This document shows positions 1 to 8,866 of a stretch of 10,886 bases of DNA, piece by piece (the stretch's first letter is position 1; every line of letters starts with the position of its first letter). The notes below the pieces were generated by a model. It did no database searches. It had not been told where the DNA came from and saw nothing but the letters and a program-made list of their open reading frames with translations. This DNA comes from Amoeboradix gromovi X-113 (Eukaryota; Fungi; Sanchytriomycota). Both the position numbers and the translations under genes were made by a program. The stretch spans positions 1 through 10,886 of the forward strand of contig JADGIF010000327.1 in NCBI GenBank assembly GCA_018985225.1, written 5' to 3'.

Positions 1-439
1 GATACCAATTCATAAATAATTTAGAATTTTCATGGCCGAACTGATCATAGGCACTATTTGATTTAATTTCTCAACGACTTTCTTTGAATTATCTGGATGT
101 AAAGACTGCTTCAATGTCATGGTAATAGTTTGACACGATGTCATTGTACTAACTTGACAAAATCGTTTACAAGCTCTTTGTACCTCAAAAGAACGTTCTG
201 GAGGACGTTTGCGCTTCATCAAAAAGTCAGTTAAGATAATCATTTTTATTTCTTAAGGCAGAACTTCAAAACAATGTTTGATTTTACTGAAACGCTCTCC
301 TAGTCTATAAATCATAGAGTATGTCCCATTTGTTCAAAGTTTACCAAGTTTTTCTAGAAAAGCTTCCTATTTATCTTTGGTAGCAATCGTATTAGCCAGT
401 ACTTTAAACAGGCCTTTTCTCTCTCTGAGGAGTGGCTTG

Positions 440-3184
440 ATGTCAACAAGATTCATTGAATCTGTAAAAAGTCTTACCGATTTGAAGAACAAAAGATGGG
501 CAGTCAAATTCCCTGAATGTAGTGAACGCGCTAAAAATGTAGCTTATTTGCATATGCAACTTTTAGTTAATGACGCGAGTCTTCTTTCTTCACTTGTTTT
601 GGATGTATCGGAAACCATAATCGTTCATAGCGGGGATGCTTTCCTAAAAGGTAGAAAGGAAAAGTATATCAGTGATGGCGTTCAGGATAGAATTAGCAGA
701 TTGCTAGACATCGCTATTCAAATGTTGTTTATTGGCGTCAACTTTGGCAACCAAATCTCTAAAAATGCGTCGTTGAGCTCCAAAAAATTTGAAGAAAAAG
801 TAGAAGATGTTGTTCGATTAGTCAGGGATGTTTTCATGTCACAAAGCCAGGAAGAATTTGAATCTAAGTGTAATGACATCCTTGCGCAGCTAAATGGTGT
901 CCGCACTCGTTTAAAACTATATCCATATATTTCAGCCAATGTAGATGTGGATCTAGTTCTTGCAAATCTTACAATAATGAGTAACGGGGGTAGAATGTTA
1001 CATGAGAACTGTATCAAAGTTAGTTCAAATACTAATGCTCGAGTTATTAAGCCTACTCTTAAAAGTTCCAATAACTCAAAGGAGTTCGCAAACGAAGATG
1101 AGGATGAAGGTGGTGTAGCCGTTGAAATAGTGGAAAGGCCGAAAACTAAGCTTGAAAAACGGCAAACTAAGCTTACTTCGGATTCTCCCCCACACCAGAG
1201 TAAGCACTCCGAGCCCCCACTACATCTTCAAAACAGACTTTCAGAATCTCCACCTCAACGTGAATCTTCAGTACATAAAGTTAAAAAGAGCACAATACCA
1301 GCTCGTGATGATTCTGTGAAACGAGTTGTCAAACCAGTTACTCCTGACAATGAGTATGACAGCAACGCCAACATCGAATCTCTTCAAAGCGCCCCTGGTC
1401 TATCCAAACCATCTAGCTCTTCGTTTAAAAAGGTTCCGACGTTAGAGAAATCCAAGTCAGCTACCCAAGACCCATTTGAACATCAAGATGAGAATATTGA
1501 GCAGCCAACTACTCCTGAAATTGAATACCATCCTGCAGAAACTCCATTGGCTAAAGAGGCGATAAGCCTTTACAAATCTAAATTGTACCAAGAAGCGAAG
1601 GAGCAGTTCTTGGTTCTAGCAAAAGAGAATAATCCTGTAGCGTTTTACTATATCGGCTTAATGACTTGGCATGGCCAGTGTGTGGAAAAATCAACAAAGA
1701 AAGCTGTACAATGGTTCGAGAGATCATTGGCTCTAAACTATGCGCCTGCAATGACTGCTCTGGCTGTCATTTATTTGGATGATAAAGATCTATTCGATGT
1801 AAAAAAAGGGTGCAAACTGATGTCAGATGCAGCGAACTTGAATGAGCCAGAAGCGCTTGCCAAAATGGGTTTCTTTAATCATGTTGGATTGTATTTTAAC
1901 CAAAACCTTAAGAGTGCAAACTCCTATTATCAGAAATTGAACAGCTTAGAATCAAGTGAAGAAGGCAATTCAAGTTTAATACACTGTGCTATCATGTACA
2001 TATATGGTCAAGGAGTCGAACGTGATTTTAAAACTGCCATGGAATTGCTCACTAAGTCTGCCGCCCAAAAGAATCCATTTGGGATGTCATTTTTAGGATA
2101 TATGTACGCCAATGGAATCGGAGTAGCTACTGATCTAGAAAAAAGTGCCAAATGGTACACTCGGTGTGCAAAGTATGGCGGAACGCCAGTTGAAACTATT
2201 CAAGCGCCTAGCAGTCCCAAGGCCCAGCATTCCGCACCAGTTCAGGCAAATCCACAGGCACCAATTTTAGTCCAAGCAGCTCAACAGCCAGCAGTTTCTG
2301 TGGAAGAATTATTTATTCTGGGAATTTCGTACTTAAAGGGCATCAACGTAGCATGTAGAGTTGAAAAGGGTATATTCTATTTGGAACAAGCAGTCTTGAA
2401 AGAGAGCCCTCAAGCACTTTTTGAACTGGGTAAATTCTATTCTGAGTCGCAGTCACATGGTAACCCAACTAAAGCTCATTCTTATTTAATGAAAGCGGCA
2501 CAGTTGGGCGTGATGGACGCTATGCCTTTGATATACCGGTCTCTGGACGTTAGAACTATAAATGCTAACAATATAGATCATTACATGCCTATACTAGTTG
2601 GAGCAGCTAATAACGGGAACACGGAAGTAATGAACTGGTTAGGACAGCTCTATGAGTCGGGCAAATTGAAACCTGCTAGTCCGCAAAAGGCATTGCAGTA
2701 TTATGAACTTTCGGCCATGAGAGGAAATGTTTTAGGCTGCTACAAAGCTGGATCTATGATACTAGAAAATACAGAAGAGAGTGAGAGTAGCACAATATTA
2801 AAAGCAATGAATTATTTGGAAAATTCGGCTAAAATGGACAATGTGAACTCTTTGGTGAGATTAGCGCAAATTTACCAGTTTGGTGAGTTTAATAACGTAA
2901 TGGATGAAGGCAGAGCATTCGATTACTACAAAAGAGCCGCTATGTTGGGAAGCGCCGAGGCCATGTGCAAGTGCGGAGTTATGTTGCATTACGGTCAAGG
3001 AATACCCCAAAACTACAAGCTGGCACACGATTATTACATTCAAGCTGCCGGATTTGGTAACCAGGAAGCAATGATAAATCTGCAGACCATTTATCAATAT
3101 GGACAGGGAGTTCAGAGAGATTCAAAAAGAGCAAATGAATGGGCAGTAAAGTCACTAGCAAGAAATGAGACGATGAAACCCTAA
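440..3184 (+). CDS. Sel1-like repeat (SLR) protein: helical N-terminal region, long S/P/E-rich disordered linker, then roughly a dozen Sel1 repeats
   Basis: Repeated Sel1 consensus units, e.g. AFYYIGLMTWHGQCVEKSTKKAVQWFERS, GMSFLGYMYANGIGVATDLEKSAKWYTRCA, AMCKCGVMLHYGQGIPQNYKLAHDYYIQAA, AMINLQTIYQYGQGVQRDSKRANEW. First in-frame ATG is at 440. The frame is open back to 311, so the true start may lie in an upstream exon. No C-terminal transmembrane segment, so not called Hrd3. Confidence 0.9.
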   Translation: MSTRFIESVKSLTDLKNKRWAVKFPECSERAKNVAYLHMQLLVNDASLLSSLVLDVSETIIVHSGDAFLKGRKEKYISDGVQDRISRLLDIAIQMLFIGVNFGNQISKNASLSSKKFEEKVEDVVRLVRDVFMSQSQEEFESKCNDILAQLNGVRTRLKLYPYISANVDVDLVLANLTIMSNGGRMLHENCIKVSSNTNARVIKPTLKSSNNSKEFANEDEDEGGVAVEIVERPKTKLEKRQTKLTSDSPPHQSKHSEPPLHLQNRLSESPPQRESSVHKVKKSTIPARDDSVKRVVKPVTPDNEYDSNANIESLQSAPGLSKPSSSSFKKVPTLEKSKSATQDPFEHQDENIEQPTTPEIEYHPAETPLAKEAISLYKSKLYQEAKEQFLVLAKENNPVAFYYIGLMTWHGQCVEKSTKKAVQWFERSLALNYAPAMTALAVIYLDDKDLFDVKKGCKLMSDAANLNEPEALAKMGFFNHVGLYFNQNLKSANSYYQKLNSLESSEEGNSSLIHCAIMYIYGQGVERDFKTAMELLTKSAAQKNPFGMSFLGYMYANGIGVATDLEKSAKWYTRCAKYGGTPVETIQAPSSPKAQHSAPVQANPQAPILVQAAQQPAVSVEELFILGISYLKGINVACRVEKGIFYLEQAVLKESPQALFELGKFYSESQSHGNPTKAHSYLMKAAQLGVMDAMPLIYRSLDVRTINANNIDHYMPILVGAANNGNTEVMNWLGQLYESGKLKPASPQKALQYYELSAMRGNVLGCYKAGSMILENTEESESSTILKAMNYLENSAKMDNVNSLVRLAQIYQFGEFNNVMDEGRAFDYYKRAAMLGSAEAMCKCGVMLHYGQGIPQNYKLAHDYYIQAAGFGNQEAMINLQTIYQYGQGVQRDSKRANEWAVKSLARNETMKP

Positions 3185-3279
3185 TTGAATAAACGTAAAA
3201 TGATTAAACTATCAACATAAATTTTAGCATTCTTTGATAGGGTCATATGTAGCTTATTTTGCCCATTTACAACAATTCC

Positions 3280-3358
3280 TACGACAAGTGCACAAATTGT
3301 GATATTTCAGCACATGATTGCGACTGAAGGTGCCTGGAATACGATTTTGCGCCCATGA
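3280..3358 (+). pseudogene. Putative decayed TnpB/Fanzor2 3' fragment (second CxxC plus RuvC-III)
   Basis: Reads YDKCTNCDISAHD-C-D then, after a TGA and a frameshift, GAWNTILRP*. Reverting tgc->cgc and tgg->cgg gives the Fanzor2/TnpB pattern C-x2-C...D-R-D-x-x-G-A-R-N-x-x-L-R. Shares acaaattgt (TNC) with the copy at 4491-4823. Confidence 0.4.
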
Positions 3359-3424
3359 CAGCCATTGAGAACGTTTCGTTGGATTTCATGTCACAGTTGC
3401 CATCTGCAAATCCTTGTGAAACGT

Positions 3425-4327
3425 ATGAATTTGAATTTACTAATTTCAATTTCTTACGGATGGGGATATAGTGCTCATTTCGCAATAGGGAATTTAACAA
3501 TGATGTTGTTGACTCCACCACTTCGAGAAAAAGTCACAAACTTGCTACTAAACGATACTAGCGATACCTCATTAGGTGGCTCATACGAAGGGTCCTTGGG
3601 CAGAGCTAGCACATGGGCCGACTATATTAAGAGTTTTAAAGAATTTCAATGGTCTAAATCAATTCATTACATTGATACTCATGATAATCCTCCTGACGTT
3701 TGTTCATATGCTGTAACAGATTGTGGAGATGGTCCTTATGGCTGTATTGTACGCGCAATACATCATTTCCATGATAGTTTGGGAAGAAATATTCCGGTCA
3801 CAAACACTGGACCCGCTACTGCATTGACAGCAGTGCAAGGACTCAAGTTCTTTGTACACTTAGTTCAGGACCTTCATCAGCCTTTACATGTTTGTGGCAA
3901 AGAAAGGGGTGGAAATCAAAGAAAAGTGAAATTTGGGCGTAAAACATCCAATCTGCATTCTGTGTGGGATAGTTTGATGGTCAATAAGAGAATCCAAGAT
4001 GACTTCAATAACAGAAGACAAGATTGGATTGACTCGTTACTTTTTAAAGCTCCAAAGCTAAGCCAAATTTGTGTTGAGGATTGTCAATTAGTATCCTGCG
4101 CAGATAACCCAGTGGAATGTGTGAAAAACTGGAGCACTTGGATCAATGCCTTAAACTGTAAAAGAATCTGGAAATTTGACGAACTTGCGTCGGAAGTCAG
4201 AGGGCAAACCAATTTTAACATTGATCTATCTGGTTCGTATTACAAAAAGAATATTGGGTTAATGGAAGATTTAATTATCGCTGCTGCTGCAAGATCTGCG
4301 GCATTGATTACTCAAAAACTCAAATAA
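3425..4327 (+). CDS. S1/P1 family zinc-dependent nuclease, secreted
   Basis: Short signal peptide MNLNLLISISYG followed by the mature N-terminal WGYSAH. Further family motifs are WADYIK, HYID, HLVQDLHQPLH and NLHSVWDS, with several cysteines. ATG 3425 fits better than the TTG at 3365 because the family needs a mature N-terminal Trp. Confidence 0.93.
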   Translation: MNLNLLISISYGWGYSAHFAIGNLTMMLLTPPLREKVTNLLLNDTSDTSLGGSYEGSLGRASTWADYIKSFKEFQWSKSIHYIDTHDNPPDVCSYAVTDCGDGPYGCIVRAIHHFHDSLGRNIPVTNTGPATALTAVQGLKFFVHLVQDLHQPLHVCGKERGGNQRKVKFGRKTSNLHSVWDSLMVNKRIQDDFNNRRQDWIDSLLFKAPKLSQICVEDCQLVSCADNPVECVKNWSTWINALNCKRIWKFDELASEVRGQTNFNIDLSGSYYKKNIGLMEDLIIAAAARSAALITQKLK

Positions 4328-4490
4328 ATTACTTTACTTAATGAATATGATGTAGTATCGCGTCTATCTGATATTCTTTCATACGAGGCTAGTTAAGAGA
4401 AGCCAGGTCAGAGAGTGTAGCAAGTAATCACATTTCACAGCTACATAGTGCGAGATCCTGTGCAATACACTTAATTAGTCTTTCTACTCG

Positions 4491-4610
4491 TTAAAAGTCC
4501 TGATTTCCGAGAAAATGGAGAATTTCCACAGAGAAACTAGCAATGCTAGATGCTCCGTTACAGTGATTGCTCACACTTTCACTACCATGAGGCTGGATTG
4601 AATAAGGATA
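4491..4610 (-). ncRNA. Candidate omegaRNA scaffold / element right end of family A
   Basis: Lies 3' of the RuvC-III motif and stays similar to copy 2 (8680-8800) up to CAGGACTTT, where similarity stops. Contains the hairpin ctagc-att-gctag (4537-4549). TnpB/Fanzor guide RNAs are known to occupy this position. Expression is not shown. Confidence 0.45.
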
Positions 4611-4895
4611 TATACACTTGATGTATATGTTCCTTGCTGCCATATGGTCTCTATCTATCTCCAAATGACAATTTGTACATGTGTACGTTTCTAAGTTGGT
4701 TTTCTTTAGACTACCACACCTTGTACATGTCTGGCTAGTAAATTCTTCATTACATTCGATTATAGTCCTTCCTCTCTGTTTACACTTGAACCTCAGGCGT
4801 TCCTTGAATAAATTGTGCAGATATCACTGTGTAGGCATTGAAAGACATCTGATTGTTCATGTTTGAGTCAGTTTCTCAACGTCGATGAATGTATA
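4491..4895 (-). mobile_element. Fanzor2-like (TnpB-derived) nuclease 3' fragment, family A copy 1, 5'-truncated
   Basis: Stop-free frame 4823->4491 (110 aa): YLHNLFKERLRFKCKQRGRTIIECNEEFTSQTCTRCGSLKKTNLETYTCTNCHLEIDRDHMAARNIYIK... It contains the E-x-F/Y-TS-x-x-C-x2-CG ... C-x2-C ... DRD-x-x-AARNI signature. Upstream it degrades into stops (TGA at 4826 and 4859) with residual 'EKLTQT*TIRCLS'. Confidence 0.88.
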
Positions 4896-5403
4896 CTGTA
4901 CCTATTAGTTATTTCTTTAGAATTGACATATTCAGGATTACATCCATAAATTCCATTTACCATTTGCAAAAAGGAAGAATATCGAGTATTTAAGCTTTTA
5001 GAAAAGTCATGCAATTATATAGAAATGCATACCAATTCGCAATAAATGATTCATTCAAGAAAACAATCGAGCTGCTTTTCTACTATCGGTAATGTGTGGT
5101 ATTGGGATTCCCATGAATTGTTATTGCAGGAACAAGTTTTGCTACTTCGGATTCTCAATCCTAAGAAAGACAACGAACGCGAAATAAGCAATGCATTCGT
5201 ATACTTTTATTTTTTTAAACATGCAAAAGTGGAATGATTTTAAGTTGAAGTATGAAAAACTAGGAATAAACATAAGAGGAAACGCTGAAAGCCCAATATA
5301 CACAAAAGTGGATTTAACTCGAATCGTAGATGGATTAAACAAGCCGTCACAATTTAAAATTTGAAGCTGACGTCGATTTCGTTAAATAAATCTATTTTAT
5401 TAG

Positions 5404-6920
5404 TTATACTTGTAGCACAGAGTCTACTTTGTGAATAGTTAGATTGCAGTTCTCCCAAACTACTGCCAGTAATGGCAATTTGTCATTAATAAATTCCATA
5501 AAGCTAGGTCTTGCATACATTCTGTTGTAGTGCGCAGTAGTGGCATCTTGTGCATCATCTGGCATCTTTGGACCTGTTATAAATCCCCTATGTTAATAGC
5601 AAATTACAAGACTGAAGTGAACAGTTTCCCATTTTTATGATCAATGTTAAAAATGGCTATTTTAGTTCGCCCTTCTTTAGCACTTTGCTCCCTTTGTACA
5701 GATTTTGTTGGCGTTCTATATTGCTGAGTCTGGGACTGTGGGGTTGCAAAATTTCCAGTTTTTCTAGGAGTCCCTCTTCCAGGATATTTGCTCATACTGA
5801 CTGGGGTCTTTCTTGGAGTGCTAAAATCAAACAAAGGCGTTGACAATCTTCGGTCTACCGATGGCAATTGTACTATATCTAGTTCATCTTCGTTTTCTTC
5901 ATCATCTTCAGGCTCAAAAGACACTGCTATAAATTGGCCGTTTGGATCTATTTTACACTGCCGAATAGCACCACCTACATGAACACTTAAAGGTTCTATT
6001 TTGATAGCGGCTAATTCTAAAGGTGCCATTAATTCACAAGATTTTAACGATTTGTGAATTCGTCTTAATATCTGCAAATCACTGGAATGCTTGGTAGTAA
6101 AGAACAAAAAATTGGAGTTCGTATACCATTCTAGAGAGGTGATAGACGTTTGAAAACCCGACCATGTCTTTTGATCAAAAGTGTTGGTATCTATGAGAAT
6201 TAAAGAACCAGAAAAATCTCCTACTGCTAACAAGTAGTCATCTGGCGAATATTTTAATTGGCATGGTGCAGATCCACGATAGGATAAAATTGAATAGGAT
6301 TGTAAGTTAACGTCTAAAATAAATACATTACTACATCCATAGACCCCCATTGCCAAGTATCTTCCGTCATTGCTCCATGTCGCGCTAGTTATTTTACCTT
6401 TTATAGGCAACGGTAGAATTCTGTACCATGGCACCACCTTTGAAATTGCCTGAAAGTGCTCATCCGGTGAGTTATGTTTGTATTCAACACCCTTTTTAAA
6501 CAAAGCAATCCCAAATTCACCAATCGAAGAAAGAGAGTAGCCATCGCAAGGTCGCCAAAGAGACTTACACACTTTTCCAATTTGTGGGCATATGTATGGG
6601 TCAGTGAATCTCTGTGCTTGGATATCGAACGATAAAGTTTGATGCGGCCTTGAAATTGAAATTAACGGCAAAACTGGATGAATACTCAAATCCAGCAGAT
6701 CATGGCCATGGCAAGTGGGCCAATAATACCATCTGAAAATTCCACGAGTAATGAATGGGAACTTCATATCAATTTCTTTAACAATCAATGATTCATGCTC
6801 GGTTTTCAGTTTGTCTGATTTCAATGGCTGTTTATCAAACAACACTTGTTTGTTCTGTATTTCTTTATAATTTGAATGCAAGGTAGCCCAACTCAGTGGA
6901 CGAATACCAAATTCAATCAT
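5404..6920 (-). CDS. AAAS: Aladin (AAAS) WD40 nucleoporin; complement(join(5404..5587,5608..6920)), 498 aa
   Basis: WD40 blades resemble Aladin as recalled: SLWRPCDGYSL, ITSATWSNDGRYL, QLKYSPDDYLL, VGGAIRQCKIDPNGQFIAVSF. Removing the 20-nt intron adds LGFITGP...PSFMEF...LLAVVWENCNLTIHKV, which matches the Aladin last blade pattern (CGIIQG...LLSVGWSTG). Confidence 0.8.
5588..5607 (-). other. 20-nt spliceosomal intron GTAATTTGCTATTAACATAG
   Basis: GT...AG ends with a branch-like TTAAC just before the TAG acceptor. It contains the in-frame TAA that ends the listed ORF. Splicing restores 60 further codons of Aladin-like sequence, ending at TAA 5406-5404. Confidence 0.85.
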
Positions 6921-6933
6921 TGCAAGGAGATAT

Positions 6934-7160
6934 GGGACCCAATTTCAGAAATTGTCCCGACTCTAAGTAGGAGGACCTCCTGGAAAGATGTGTCAATCCC
7001 ATGTTGTGCCTTTGAGCCTTTTTTCAATATGAAAATGCACTGTGAATATCTCTTTCAAAATAGCTTGGCTGATTAGCACCTAGCATATGTTGCAACATTC
7101 AAACCGATAACCATCTTCATATTCTGTGTTAATGTTTGTAATGTCGTCTTGTTCACAGTA
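6934..7160 (-). pseudogene. Decayed TnpB/Fanzor-like 3' fragment, family B copy 2, with downstream hairpins
   Basis: With two compensating 1-nt shifts it reads YRFECCNIC-x-GANQPSYFERDIHSAFHIEKR, colinear with YRLRKCTFCLDAQRPHIFERDTGSSSFILKR at the window edge (DNA tttgaa[a/c]gagata in both). Followed by hairpins at 6969-6981 and 6934-6958. Confidence 0.55.
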
Positions 7161-7307
7161 AATCCCCTCTTATTCCTGATAAACTTTCTTTTCTGATGAT
7201 ATGAAGATGTAGGCTACCTAGTGTGGTTTCTAGATGTTCCTTCTGCTTAGAAATGAGGACATTTTGTCAGAATGGGTCTCAATTACTAGAAGAATAAATT
7301 AATATTT

Positions 7308-8201
7308 TTATTTTTGCACCTTAAAGAATGCATTTAAACTTGTTTGTTTCTTTTTCACTGAGTCACTTGAAGTCGAATTAATAATCCTATTTATGGTTGA
7401 CTTAACAGGTTCTTGGGCCAGATCTGGTTCATCATCGGTTACCCAAACTTCTTTCACATATACTTTGCCATTTATAGTTTCCATTTTATCAATCTTTTTT
7501 CTCTTTTTTATGGAATCAGAGATAGGTTTGTTGTTGGTTGCGCCAAACACATCTGTTAAGTTTCTAGGAGTGTATATTAAATGTTCATGCTCTGGTAACT
7601 TTTCACAAGGCTCGTCATTTGCTGCCATTTCTTCATCTTTAAATTCGTCAACGTGCATATCATCTTCAGAGAACAAAACTTTGTTTTCTCTTTGGTTTTC
7701 ATCTTCTTCATCTGAAGAACTGATAACAAACGTGTTCTTTTGAATATCCTCAGTGATGATCATCTTTTCGGCTTCAGGTTCCTTTCTTCGTGTACTTGTA
7801 TCAGCTGTCTTTGTTTTTGCCTTTTTAGCAACAGGTTTTGAATAACTCTGCTTAGAGGTTCTCTTAGATTGACTTCTACGCTCTATCCTTTCCCTCATTG
7901 AGGGTCCGTTGTCTTCTACTTTAACTTCCAATTCAGGTAACGCTTCAACTACTTCTACTGCTTTGTTTTTTATTTTCAATTTAGAAGGCGCAGATGTGAA
8001 TTCAATCTCGTTGTTGAAATAACATCCCATCATATTTTTACTAATTCCTTTAGACAATGATATTGTCCATCCATTGTCTTTTTCGACTACTTCCATGCTT
8101 ACAACAAATGGTTTTATCTCAGCATGCATTAACGTAAGTGGATCCACATTTGGATATGCCCCAAAAAACACATTCTCTTGCTGGGCTAATTTAATTTCCA
8201 T
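7308..8201 (-). CDS. POLD3: DNA polymerase delta subunit 3 (POLD3/Pol32/Cdc27-like)
   Basis: Extreme C-terminal PCNA-binding PIP box QTSLNAFF preceded by basic residues. The upstream KKRKKIDKMETINGKVYVKEVWVTDDE block is typical of the Cdc27/POLD3 C-terminus. Charged low-complexity middle; the N-terminus is divergent. Confidence 0.72.
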   Translation of the reverse strand: MEIKLAQQENVFFGAYPNVDPLTLMHAEIKPFVVSMEVVEKDNGWTISLSKGISKNMMGCYFNNEIEFTSAPSKLKIKNKAVEVVEALPELEVKVEDNGPSMRERIERRSQSKRTSKQSYSKPVAKKAKTKTADTSTRRKEPEAEKMIITEDIQKNTFVISSSDEEDENQRENKVLFSEDDMHVDEFKDEEMAANDEPCEKLPEHEHLIYTPRNLTDVFGATNNKPISDSIKKRKKIDKMETINGKVYVKEVWVTDDEPDLAQEPVKSTINRIINSTSSDSVKKKQTSLNAFFKVQK

Positions 8202-8519
8202 AAGTCACAGGGAGATTAAAAAGACAAGGGAGGCTCTGGATGAGAAGACTTTGATGAAAAAAGCAGATAGCAAGATGAAAAGACATGTAGCTAGATCTTC
8301 AGAATCCGATCGATAGTATCAAAACTACATGTGGTTGTTGAATAATACGTTGATCGTGAGTTTATCACTATATAGTCCTTTCTTTCAATTTACCTTAAAT
8401 TAAAATAACAAATTTCTTTTTCACATCTTTTAAACTCTTTAAACCGTCTTAGCAACAACATGTCAAATTAAAGACACCAACAAGGGATACAATATAAGTA
8501 TACACTCAGAAAATTTTCT

Positions 8520-8800
8520 GAAAAATAAAGGGAAAGATAGTGGTGAAATGTAATAAAGCATTACTTCTTAAGCTTATGCTGTGTGCTGTACTCTAAAAAA
8601 CCAACTTGAGGACATAAATGAACAAAATGTCATTGAAAGAAGATAGAGAACGCCTTGCAGCAAGGAAAATTACTTAAAGTATATGCATGCATATTTAATC
8701 AAACTTCAGTGTAGTAGAAGCATGAGCAGCTATGACTGAGTGGTTCACATATTCAGTTTTTTGTGAATGTTCTTGATTTTATAGTAAACCAGGACTTTAA
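8520..8800 (+). pseudogene. Fanzor2-like relic, family A copy 2 (inverted relative to copy 1, many indels and stops)
   Basis: Colinear DNA blocks shared with the reverse complement of 4491-4775: aatgtaat, tctaaa, aaaaccaactt, tgtcatt, agatagaga, gcagcaaggaa, gtagt, tgagca, caggacttt. Conceptual translation KIKGKIVVKCNKA.TS...CCTLK...KCH...DRERLAARK. May extend leftwards to ~8340. Confidence 0.8.
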
Positions 8801-8866
8801 ATAAGAACCCGTACTCGGAAGAATCTGTCTCAAGTTGAATAAAGAAAGGTTTTTATTATATTCTAT

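Noticed and set aside
1-243. J-domain (DnaJ) impression from LHPD…EKLNQI and AYDQFGH on the minus strand
   Set aside because: The motifs are in different frames, the spacing is too short, and the GT-AG introns tried do not join them.
718-1071. Listed antisense ORFs (718-1071, 2861-3097, 2979-3161, 3279-3521, 4681-4866, 5637-5843, 5788-5982, 6876-7076, 7393-7743, 8074-8316, 9573-9758, 10266-10577)
   Set aside because: Shadows of real genes or relics on the opposite strand, with no recognisable motifs.
6990-7080. Faint ribosomal protein L31-like peptide (AILKEIFTVHFHIEKRLKG)
   Set aside because: Flanked by stops with no remainder of L31. An alternative frame matches the family B motif better.
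4491-8800. Composite transposon formed by the two inverted family A copies around Aladin and POLD3
   Set aside because: The copies are strongly diverged and differ in decay, and the enclosed genes are housekeeping genes. Independent insertions are the simpler explanation.
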